A stretch of DNA of 64,000 nt, taken from the NCBI GenBank assembly GCA_000004695.1, contig CM000151.3, positions 3,744,001-3,808,000 on the forward strand, written 5' to 3'. Both the position numbers and the translations under genes were made by a program. Below, piece after piece: positions 27,701 to 38,791 of the stretch (position 1 is the first letter of the stretch; every line of letters begins with the position of its first letter). The notes under the pieces are model-generated. The model saw only the letters and a list, made by a program, of their open reading frames with translations, did not search any database and was not told the DNA's origin. This DNA is from Dictyostelium discoideum. Lineage: Eukaryota.

Positions 27701-27925
27701 TAATATTTAAAAATGCCTTTAAAATTTGCTTTAAAATAAATTTTTAAGCAATTTTAAAGGTGATTTTAAAGGTGATTTTAAAGGTAATTTTTAAGGTAAT
27801 TTTTAAGATAATTTTTAAGATATTTAAAAATACCTTTAAAATTTATTTTAAATTAATTTTAAATAGGATTTAAAGTAGAATTAAAGTGAATTTAAAGTGA
27901 ATTTAAATTTCCTTTAAACATAAAT
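27700..27925 (+). repeat. terminal-type repeat copy B'
   Basis: Reverse complement of 25790..25995. Confidence 0.7.
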
Positions 27926-28149
27926 ATTATTTTTTTCGTTAAAAAAAAAAAATTCCAAAATTTTTTATTTTTTTTTGTGTTAAAAAAAAATTCCTAAATT
28001 TTTTTTTTTATTGTATTTTTTTTCATCACACCATTATAAATTCTATGTACTTAATAAGTATTACTTATTAAGTATACTTATTAATATATATTAAAAAGAG
28101 TACTTGGATTTAAAGGTGCTTTAAAGTGTTGATTTTCGCCGCTGTGTGG

Positions 28150-28960
28150 ATTGGTATCGACTCTACTGATTGTTTGGTCAATACTTCTTGGAATGTTCCC
28201 AGTACTTGAGGAAACATATGACGATGATGACGAGGAACTTGAGCTTGAATCATCGGATACCAAGTTGCTGATCTCCAGATTGGGAAGATCAGTATTATAG
28301 AAACCTTCTTCGAACTGGATGAGTTCATCTTCTCCAGTATAGAAGGCAAAAGAATGGGTGGTGGAAAGGCCAGACATTACTTATATTGACTCCAATCGAG
28401 GTGGAGTGCATTCATTCTGATTGTTGAGTAGTTGTTCGTTTGATGGTTGAGGTGAGATGCGAACAGATCCATCTGTATTTGACCGAATTGAAGTTGCCAG
28501 TTGTAACTCTTGATTACTCTGGTCGATGATATGTGATTCATCTCTGAAAGACGACTGAGGTGGTCGGCTTTTACATTATTCATAATATATATATATATGA
28601 TAATATAAATTAAATTTTTAAATCTTATTCATAATATATATATATATATATATGATAATATAAATTACCAGCCTTATTCTTAATCACAAGCTTGTGTTCG
28701 AGTTTACTTAAAAAATACTACAAATATGTATGTTGTAACTCTTCCACTAAAGAATCCAGCTCTCCACGGTATGCTTGCTGTAGTTCTGCCTCATGAGCCT
28801 GGAGACGTTCCTCAGGAGACAAGCTATGGCTGAACGAATTAGACAGAATAACACCACGAGGGATACCGTAGTGGGATAGGTTAGATGCCTTCATAACAAA
28901 CCAGAAGTTTAACAGCCAACTCACTACCATGTCATTGTTAGAGACTCAAAACTAAATTAA
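28150..28960 (-). pseudogene. decayed DIRS-like (tyrosine-recombinase retroelement) fragment: RNase H C-terminal motif plus recombinase N-terminal motif
   Basis: Minus-strand translation gives ..NNVKADHLSRLSEMNHISSTRVIKSYNWQLQFGQIQMDLFASHLNHQTNNYSTIRMNALHLDWSQYK*. NxxADxLSR is the conserved end of retroelement RNase H domains. DLFAS.LN.Q...Y........DW matches, from memory, the N-terminus of DIRS/Ngaro-type tyrosine recombinases (DLFASRLNxQLPxYxSWxPDPxAxxxDAFxxDW). The reading frame is broken by an AT-rich tandem duplication at 28585..28680 and by stops. GC is higher than in the surrounding DNA. Confidence 0.5.
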
Positions 28961-29288
28961 TTTAAAGTTAGTTTGAGCTCAACAACATAACAAATTCGCG
29001 CATCTCCATGTAAAAATATTTCATTTAATTTTTGTTTTTTATTTTTTATTTTTTCAGTCAAAAAATAAAATTAAAAAAATTAAATAAAATTAAAATTTAA
29101 AAAAATAATAAAAATTCTGATTTTCGGTTTAGTTAGATAACGCCCTTACATTCAATTATCTGTTTTATGTATGTTTACTTTTATGATGTTAGTCTTTCAC
29201 TCTTTCTATCCTTCATATGGAATGACATTAGATTAAAGATTGGACTAGTTCGGTTAAAGATTGAACAAATGTGACAATGGATTGAAGA

Positions 29289-30480
29289 TTAGTGTGAGAA
29301 ACTTTTACAGTCATCGTATCCAGACGCCTTGTGGTCAATACGACCATTCTTAACAACCAGACTGGTGATCTCATTAATCAGCGTTTTATCGTGAGTAACA
29401 CGACCAGCGCGTTTAGCCGCTTCAGGTAGGACTTCACCGTACAGTGTCAACGCGATTCGGCTGTAGTAACGAACCCAAACTTGTTACGCACGTCATCGTA
29501 GAAATAACTACCACGAGGACGCAGTGGATTGTTAACCATAGCAGCTGCATTTTTATCCACCTTCACCTCTTCAACAATCCAGTTAAAAATATGTTTGAAT
29601 GGATCAATACCTTGTAACGGCGAATTTAATCAGGTTAGTTTCATTACAACCCCCTGCATCTACTGTAACCATATCACGAATGTAAGTAAACACTAAACCA
29701 ATGGCATCTCTACCGATCGCTTCCGAGGGATCCATCCCTAGTAGAATGTGTGCCCCTTCGTTAATTTCTCATGTCGATCTTTTGGTATGTGTCAGCCGAT
29801 ACTGTAACCGTCTTTGGAACTCAGTCCACAGTGGGTCACGTTCATAGTCACGGATAATGTTGTTTAGCTCAGTTGACAGAGGTGAACGTAAAGAACCTGA
29901 TGTCCAGCGGTTAAAGAAGTCACGGTCTGCTTCTTTAATTTTAACACCGGAGTTCTGCAATGCGTCACGCAGCCATTCTTTATCCAAACCAAGCTGACGA
30001 TAACTCCACGTCCCGTTAATCATAATAAGCGCACCTTTCTTACCGATGAGTTTGATTAATACGGTACGTAGTTCTTCCTGGTTTCTCAGGTCTATGATGG
30101 TCTTTAACCCAAAGATAAGACGGCAGTAGATCGCGAATCTCTTTTAATCGGTCGAAGTTAGACCGTCAGTAGTGCGTCATCCTTCGTAATCAGGTTAATG
30201 CTGATGGTATCTGACGAACCAGACTTACCGGTCTGACGGGGATTAACATGTAGTCGATGTGGTTATAGAAGCTCCAGATCAAACTCAGGTTAGCACGGTT
30301 TGCTTTAAAAGGACGCGGCGTTGCACCCGCAGAGAATCTAACGACCTCACGATAGTAATACCATGGGTTGAATCGACATTCGATAGCGAATTAATTTCTT
30401 ATGACAGATCGGTGGCAAATGGATCCACTGACTTAATTCCTGTTGAAGGAGACTAAGCATGAATGTACAGTTCTCAACAC
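29289..30480 (-). pseudogene. T4-type phage terminase large subunit (TerL, gp17-like) gene, frameshifted and decayed
   Basis: Minus-strand frames, joined across at least four frame breaks, give a P-loop ..HVNPRQTGKSGSSDTISINLITKDD.., then FDRLKEIRDLLPSYLWVKDHHRPE, ..LIKLIGKKGALIMINGTWSYRQLG.., ..ILLGMDPSEAIGRDAIGLVFTYIRDMVTVDAGG.., ..GSYFYDDVRNKFGFV.. and the C-terminus ..VVKNGRIDHKASGYDDCKSFSH*. From memory these correspond to T4 gp17 blocks: Walker A [48 protein letters not shown], the nuclease motif ATLDCSEGRGQDYHALHI and EGYHDD. Similarity is from recall only. Confidence 0.55.
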
Positions 30481-30595
30481 CCATTTCTTTATAAAGATTT
30501 AGAAATTCAAGTTAATCAAATAATATTAATATTGTATTTGTATTCAAAGTGAAAAACTAAATTTTTCGAAAAACGAAAAACTTCGTAAAGTATCA

Positions 30596-30665
30596 AAATA
30601 CTTTACAAAAATTCAAAAAAAAATTCAAAAAAAAATTCAAAAAAAAATTCAAAAAAAAATTCAAA
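30596..30665. repeat. (aaattcaaaaaaaa)n 14-bp tandem repeat, 5 units
   Basis: Direct reading. Confidence 0.9.
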
Positions 30666-30689
30666 AAAAAAAAATTTAAAAAAATTTAT

Positions 30690-30903
30690 CCGTTAAATAA
30701 CGGCTTCGAACTCCGGACCTCGCTTTTAAAGGATTAAAAAGCTAATTTTTAAGGTAATTTTAAAGGTATTTTTTAAGGTGATTTTAAAGTAAACTTAAAA
30801 ATTACCTTTAAAATTACCTTAAAAATTGCTTTAATTCAGGACTTTAAATTCGCTTTAAATTAAATTTAAATTTGCTTTAAAGGAGGATTTTTCTTCGCTG
30901 TGG
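30690..30903 (-). repeat. terminal-type repeat copy A' (inverted copy of A)
   Basis: Starts ccgttaaataacggcttcgaactccggacctcgctt and ends ..tttgctttaaaggaggatttttcttcgctgtgg, the reverse complement of the start of A. Confidence 0.75.
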
Positions 30904-31900
30904 AATAAGCTGAGTTATTTCGAAAAAAGTTTATTTTTTTTTGACAAATTTTGCATGTTTTTTTTTTTTTTTTTTAATAAAACACATTATTTAAAACAAA
31001 AATTTTAAATAATATAAAACAATATTTGTTAAGACCTATCGTAGAATTAAATTTGGTTGTATTTATGGAGAAATAAAGAAAATATAAAAAAAAATGAACT
31101 TCGAAAAAAAAAAAAGGAACTTCAAAAAAAAAAAACTACATAAAATTTTTGTTTTAAATAATGGGGGACCTATCAGTGAATAATTGAATTAATTTTGAAA
31201 AAAAAAAGTTATTTTGAAAAAGATCGAGTTATCCCGGAAAAGATCAATCTTTTCGCGAAAAATTTTTCATTGGCCATATTATTTTTTTTTTTTTTAATTT
31301 TTTTCATTTATTCACAATTAAAATAAAAAATATAATAAATAAATAAATAAATAAAATAAATAGTATGATTGACAAAAAAAAATCAAAAATACCAGGGCTC
31401 AAATAAAGGATTTATTTTTTATATGTAGTTTTTTTTTTTTAAGTTCCTTTTTTTTTTCGAAATTCATTTTTTTTTATATTTTTTTTATTTCTCTATAAAT
31501 ACAACCAAATTTAATTCTACGACAGTCTTTACAAATATTGTTTTATATTATTTAAAATTTTTGTTTTAAATAATGTGTTTTATTAAAAAAAAAAAAAAAA
31601 AAAACATATGAAAAGTGAAAAATTTTTCAAAAAAAAATAAACTTTTTTCGAAATAACTCAATTTATTCCGGGATAACTCGATCTTTTTCAAAATAACTTT
31701 ATTTATTCAGAATTAATTCAATTATCCACTGATAGGTCCATTATTTAAAATTTTTGTTTTAAATAATGTGTTTTATTAAAAAAAAAAAAAAAAAAACATA
31801 TAAAATTTGAAAAAATTTCGAAAAAAAAAACTTTTTTTGAAATAAATGAATTTATTCTGAGATAACTCGATCTTTTTTAAAATATGCTGAGTTAATTATA
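30903..31900. repeat. nested inverted and direct repeats of a ~300-bp AT-rich module (non-coding)
   Basis: The module gagttat(t/c)tcgaaaaaagtttatttttt..aataaaacacattatttaaaacaaaaattttaaataatataaaacaatatttgt.agac..tcgtagaattaaatttggttgtatttatggagaaataa occurs at 30903..31080 (forward), 31440..31640 (reverse) and 31740..31880 (partial). Segments 31140..31330 and 31620..31740 form a further inverted pair. Confidence 0.7.
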
Positions 31901-31979
31901 ACAGAAATTTTTACTTTATTTTTTATTTTTTATTTTTTATTTTATTGACTAAATTATTTTTAAAAAAACAATTACAGAT

Positions 31980-33072
<1,093 letters not shown>

Positions 33073-33144
33073 TAATAATAATAATAACAATAGTCTTAAA
33101 AAAAAATTATTTTTTAATTTAAATAGGCCAACAACTATCATTGT

Positions 33145-33216
<72 letters not shown>

Positions 33217-33876
33217 AAATAAATAAATAATAAATAAAAAAATAAAAAACAATTATTTAATAATAAAAAAACAATTAAATTACCATAACTATAAAATAAA
33301 ATAAAAAATATAAAAAAATAAACCTAATATATATATAGGTTACACTTTTTTTTTATTTTATATATTTTAAAAAAAAAAAAAACATATTAAATATATTTCT
33401 GAAAATGTATAAAATAGATTTTTGGATGTCAGTCATTTTGGTGCTTTTAATACATAATAATTTACTATAAATTATATTTTATTTTTTTTGTATTTTATAT
33501 ATTTTTTACGATAGCATCTTATGTTATAGCATAGTTCCAGAACCAACTCCATCAATTGATGATGATTCCACATGTATTTATGATTCAACCAATCTAAATT
33601 CAATAGATCTCCAACCAACGATTGGAACTAATGTCAAATGAAAAAAGAACTTCATTATTATCTTTCAACTTCTCTAACATGCACCGATATAATCACTCAT
33701 AAAAACTTGTACAATTTCTTACTCAACTTATGTTTGCATTAAAACCAAATAAATAATTAAAAATAAATAAAAATAATCTTTTATCATTAAATATATGGAA
33801 TGATTGCTTAAATTTTAATAAATTATTATTATTATTATTATTATTTTTTTAATGTTTAGATATTTATTTTATATAT

Positions 33877-35287
33877 TTAATATTTGTAATCTTTTACATA
33901 TAATGATTCAGATGCTGAACCAGTTGATTCCTCACCAGTGTATTTACCGAGTTGAGCAAGAGAGTTACACTTGGCACGATGTAAATAAACTTTACGAGCA
34001 GCTTCAACGTTGGCAGATTCACCTTTCCAAGTGGAGATGACAGAGGCCTGTAAGGCACGACCGTATGAGAAAGAGAGAGCCCATGGACGATTTGGTAAGA
34101 CATTCATAGCGTTTAAGTTTGCAGTGGCTTCAATTTCAGTTTGACCACCAGATAAGAAAACAACACCAGTAAGAGCTGGTGGAACAGTACGTTGAAGGGT
34201 ACGGACGGTGAATTTACCAATTTGTTCAGAGGTGGCTTTGATTGGACAGTCGGTACCATTGACGACCATATTTGGTTTTAATAAGGCACCTTCTAATAAG
34301 ATATGATGGTCATTGAGTGCTTTGAAAACTGCAGCTAAAACTTTTTCAGTGACTTCAGCAGATTGCTCGACAGTGTGATTACCATCCATTAAGATTTCTG
34401 GTTCGACGATTGGGACCAAACCATTCTCTTGACAAATTGCAGCATAACGAGCTAATGTGTGTGCATTTTCAGTGATTGATAATTGGGATGGACAATTCTT
34501 GGCAAGATCAATCTTTAAGACTGCTCTCCATTTTGCGAAACGTGCACCTGCTTCATAGTATTTCTTACAACGCTCTGCAAGACCATCTAAACCTTGGGTT
34601 GAGGTTTCACCATCGGTACCTGGAATTGGTACAACACCCTTATCAACTTTAATACCAATGTGAATCTTTTGTTCTCTTAAAACATCTGTGAATAATCTAC
34701 CATCTGCCATCTTTTGGTAAAGAGTTTCTTCATATAAAATAATACCACCAATAAATTCGTTAACACCATTACCAGTACCAATTAAAAGTTCTCTGTAGGC
34801 TCTTCTGTTCTCTTCATTGTTTTCTAAATTAATCTTTTTGAAACGAGCTCCAATTGTATTGGTTGATTCATCTGCTGCTAAAATACCTTTACCTGGTGCT
34901 ACAATTGCTTTCTGTTTTTAAAATAAAATAAATAAAAAAATAAAAAAATAAAATTTTAAAAATTAATAAAAATAATAAGAATAATAAGAATAATAAATTA
35001 ATAAATAAAATTTATTAATAATTAATAAAAGAATGAATAAATAGATAAAAAAAGGAATAAAAGAAAAAAAAAAAAAAAAAAAAAACTCCGAAAAATTGTC
35101 GGACAATTGTCGGACAATCTTTCACATAGGAGATAATATTTTTTTTTTTTTTTTCCAATCTTTTTTGATTTAAAAAAAAAATAAAAAAATAAAAAGAATA
35201 AAAAAAAAAAATAATAATCAAAAATTTAAATAGTTGATTAAAACTTACAGCAGTTGCAATTAATTCATCAGCAAATTTAGAATTCAT
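33877..35287 (-). CDS. fba: fructose-bisphosphate aldolase, class I, 2 exons
   Basis: Exon 1 35249..35287 ([13 protein letters not shown]; donor GTAAGT) and exon 2 33877..34911 (acceptor AAAACAG). The product reads [43 protein letters not shown]...IVEPEIL...LLKPNMV...[14 protein letters not shown]...*, the hallmark class I aldolase blocks. The 337-bp intron contains the junk ORF 35015..35368. Confidence 0.9.
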
Positions 35288-37188
35288 TTTAAAAAAAAAA
35301 GTATATAGTATAATGGTGTGCAATATAAAATATTGAAGAATGAAAAAAAAAAAAAAAAAAAAAAACAAAAAAAAAAATAAAAATTTTGAAGATAAAAAAA
35401 AAAATTAAAAAAAAAAAAAAAAAAATTAAAAATTAAAATTTTAAAAAATAAAAATTATAAAAATAAAAAAAAAATAAAAAATAATCCCCATCCTGTTTGT
35501 ATTCTCGGGTAGATATATAGGGTAATACTTTTTTTTTTTTTTTATCAACCCCTAATAAAGAATTGAAATTTCAAAAATATCACAAAGAAATTTAATTTTT
35601 TTTTACTTTTTAAATATCTTTTTTTGTGATTTACAACTTTTTTTTTTTTTAATTTTTTTTAAATTAAATTATTTTCTTTTTTTTTGATCATTCTTTATTA
35701 TTATTATTTTTATTTTTTTTTAAAAAATTATTTTACCTTCTTAATTTTATATATTTTATTATTTATTTTTCCTTTATAATTTCTTTATTTTTATGGTTAT
35801 TATTAAAAATTAAATAATAAAAAAAAAAAAAAAATATAAAAAATCTGGAAGTGGCGAAATGAATTTTCATTTTATTTTCCCTTTCACCAGTAAAAAGTTA
35901 TTGATTGAAAAAAAAAAAAAAAAAAAAAAATTATATTAATTTTAACACAAAGCCTATTCTTTAATTTCTTGTTTATTTATTTTTGGTATCAATTTTTTTT
36001 AAAGTTTTATTTTTATTTTTGATTTTATTTTTATTTTTTCTTAATTTTTTTGTTTGTTAAATAAAGGCACACATTCTTAAAATTTTAAGAAAATGACTTC
36101 AAAAATAGATGATATAGATATCGATAATGGAGAAGAGATTTTGAAGACCAAGATAGTGATGATGATGCATCTAAATCCAAATAAGATTCAAATAGAAAAC
36201 GAAAGGTTTCAACACCAGCCCTAAAATCAATACCAAAATTACCATTATTCAACAACCTAAAAATGATACAAACATCATAGAAAAGGATATTTTTTTTTTT
36301 TTATATGATAAATTCAAAATAGTATTTATTTTATTTGATTTCAATCTACAAATAAACAGATCCGACTGATTTTGATTTATCTTTTGGATGAAAAATTTTG
36401 AATTGTTTCATAAATGTTTTGTGATGCATTTCAATTGCCAATTTATTTGATCTAAATTGATGTCACAGTTAGTTTCATACTACAACCTTAGTTTCTTTGT
36501 ATTGTTTCGAACGGGTGTTTTTAAAAACACCATTTGGTTTCATCTTTATTTTCTATTCTAACAAATGGATCTACACTATTATCAAATGAACTATCTGTAA
36601 TTTCACCAGTAATAAAAAAAAAAAAATTAACAATATTATCAGAAGATGATGATTTTTTTCCTAATGTTTCATTTTTGCCACCCAAGTTACCTTTTTTTTT
36701 TTTTAAAAATAATATAAAATATATTAATATCCATCATTAAAATCCATTTATTTTATTTTATTTTTTTTTATTTTTACCTTGTTTAGTTTGTTCATTTATT
36801 ATATCGTTCATTAAAGGCTTTCTTTTTTTTTTTTCTTATTTATAAAATTTCTTTTGAAATTTCAATTTTTTACTTTACTCCAAAGCTTTTTAATTTTTTT
36901 TTTTTTCAAATAATTTCGATCAACACAAAAATCAGATATTTTTTTAATTTAAAAAAATGAAAAGTTTAAGAGTTTCGGGAGTCTGGAAGGTAAGAAAATA
37001 AAAAAAAAATAAACAACATCGAATTTGGAAAAATAAAAAAAAAAATAAATAAATAAATAAAATTAAGATAATTAATTTTTTTTTTTTTTTTTTTTGTTTA
37101 TTTTTTTTTTCTTCTCCTTTTGTGTTTCTTAATTGTATTCAATGATAAATACAATTTTTTGTATATTATTGAGTGTTGGATCTTTTTA

Positions 37189-37236
<48 letters not shown>

Positions 37237-37237
37237 C

Positions 37238-38033
37238 TTAAACGTGTAAGTGCAAATGTTCAAAATCATTGTAAGTGTCAGTTTCTTTATTATCATCTAT
37301 ACTTTCATTGATATCAATGTGTCTTGAGGAAGAGTCATTTGATGAAGGTGCTTGATCAATAGCATTTGAATCGTCTTTGATACAGATTACATTACACTTT
37401 GCATGTTCAAGGATGTAACGAGAAGTTGAGCCAATGAATATCCTTTTGATTGGTCCAATTCCTCTTCTTCCAACTACTAGATAGTGAATATCTTTTTCAA
37501 CTGCTGCTTTAATTACAGCTTCTCCAACATGATTTCCATGGCCTAACAATGCTTTAACATTTTGAACACCTAAATTTTTACATAAATTAGCTCTGTTTAT
37601 TAAAATTGATTTGTGTTTTCTCTCAATTGCTTTCAATGTTTCTTTAAAATATATATTAATGTAAATATTAATATTTAATTTTTTTTTTTTGTTTTTTTTT
37701 TTTTTTTTTTTATTTTATTTTATTTTATTTTATTTTATTTTATTTTATTTTATTTTATTTTATTTTATTTTATTTTATTTTATTTTATTTTATATATATT
37801 AATTAATTTATTAATTTATTTTATTTTATTTATTTATTTATTTATTTTTTAAAAAAAGACATACCTGAAACAACAACCGCAGAAATTGCGGACGATGGGA
37901 ATGTAATTGGATCCTCTGCTACAGAAATTAGGTATAACAAATCCTTATCTTTTTGAAATACATGATTAATAATTTCTTTGATTGAATGTTCAGTATTACT
38001 TCCTTCATCCACTGCTATCATATAATTTACCAT
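37238..38033 (-). CDS. universal stress protein (UspA-family) domain protein, 2 exons
   Basis: Exon 1 37865..38033 (MVNYMIAVDEGSNTEHSIKEIINHVF...AVVVS; donor GTATGT, phase 1) and exon 2 37238..37640. Contains the USP ATP-binding signature VVGRRGIGPIKRIFIGSTSRYILEHAKCNVICIKD. The intron carries an (ATTTT)n tract at 37700..37795. Confidence 0.8.
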
Positions 38034-38355
38034 TTTTTTTTTTTTTAATTAATTTTTGGATAAAAAAAAAAATTTTATTGGTATTATTTTTTTTTTTTTT
38101 TTTTTTAATTGAAATTACAACAAAAAATAATAAAATTAAATTTTTTTAATTATTTTTTTTTATTATTTTTTTTATTTTTTTTATTTTTTTTTTTTATTAT
38201 TGATTTTGTATGAAAAAATAAAATGGTAAATTATATTATTTTAATTTTTAGAAGATGAAATACAAAATTTTATTATTTTTTTAATACAATTTTGTATTTC
38301 ATCTTCTAAATATTAAAATAATACAATAAAAAAATTTATATAAATATAACCAATC

Positions 38356-38394
<39 letters not shown>

Positions 38395-38579
38395 CCAACG
38401 AACGTTCGTTTTTGTTTTTTTTTTTTATTATTTTTTTTTAATATTTTTTTATTTTTTTTTTTATTTTTTTTTTTTTAAATTGGTTCAATTAAAAAGTTTG
38501 CTAGTCAAACGATTTAGGCAAATAGTGTAATATTACGAAAATAAAACAAATAAATAACAAATATTTAAATAAAAAAATC

Positions 38580-38702
38580 ATGATTTCAAAGATTTTTTCA
38601 AAACAATCAATATTTGCAATATTTGTTATATGTTTGTTTATATTCATTTTAAATAATAATATTATTGACACAAAACTAAAAGAAAAACATATTAAAGAAC
38701 AA

Positions 38703-38791
<89 letters not shown>

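Larger units (their letters stand above)
25397..30903. mobile_element. composite, nested transposon-like region bounded by inverted copies of a ~200-bp terminal-type repeat (A at 25397..25600, A' at 30690..30903)
   Basis: A and A' are reverse complements: both share cacagcgaagaaaaa(a/t)cc(a/t)cctttaaa..tttaaatttgctttaaagtcctgaattaaagcaatttt and end with ..cgaggtcc(t/g)gagttcgaagccgttatttaacgg. Related repeats B (25790..26131) and B' (27700..27925) are a further inverted pair. The terminal motif cacagcg is also found at 26131 and 28137..28149. Cargo includes a spliced host-like gene (26260..27233), a 13-bp satellite, a DIRS-like fragment and a phage-terminase-like pseudogene. Confidence 0.55.

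Noticed and set aside
29289-30480. Considered lambda cloning-vector or E. coli contamination as the source of the GC-rich block
   Set aside because: The recalled lambda terminase gpA sequence does not match the motifs; the similarity is to T4-type TerL (gp17). The frame breaks and host-type repeats on both sides argue against simple vector carry-over, but contamination by a T4-like Klebsiella or Enterobacter phage cannot be excluded without read-level data.
35015-35368. Minus-strand 117-aa ORF of poly-F/poly-K composition
   Set aside because: It lies inside the 337-bp aldolase intron and the neighbouring poly-A/T promoter region and is pure homopolymer translation.
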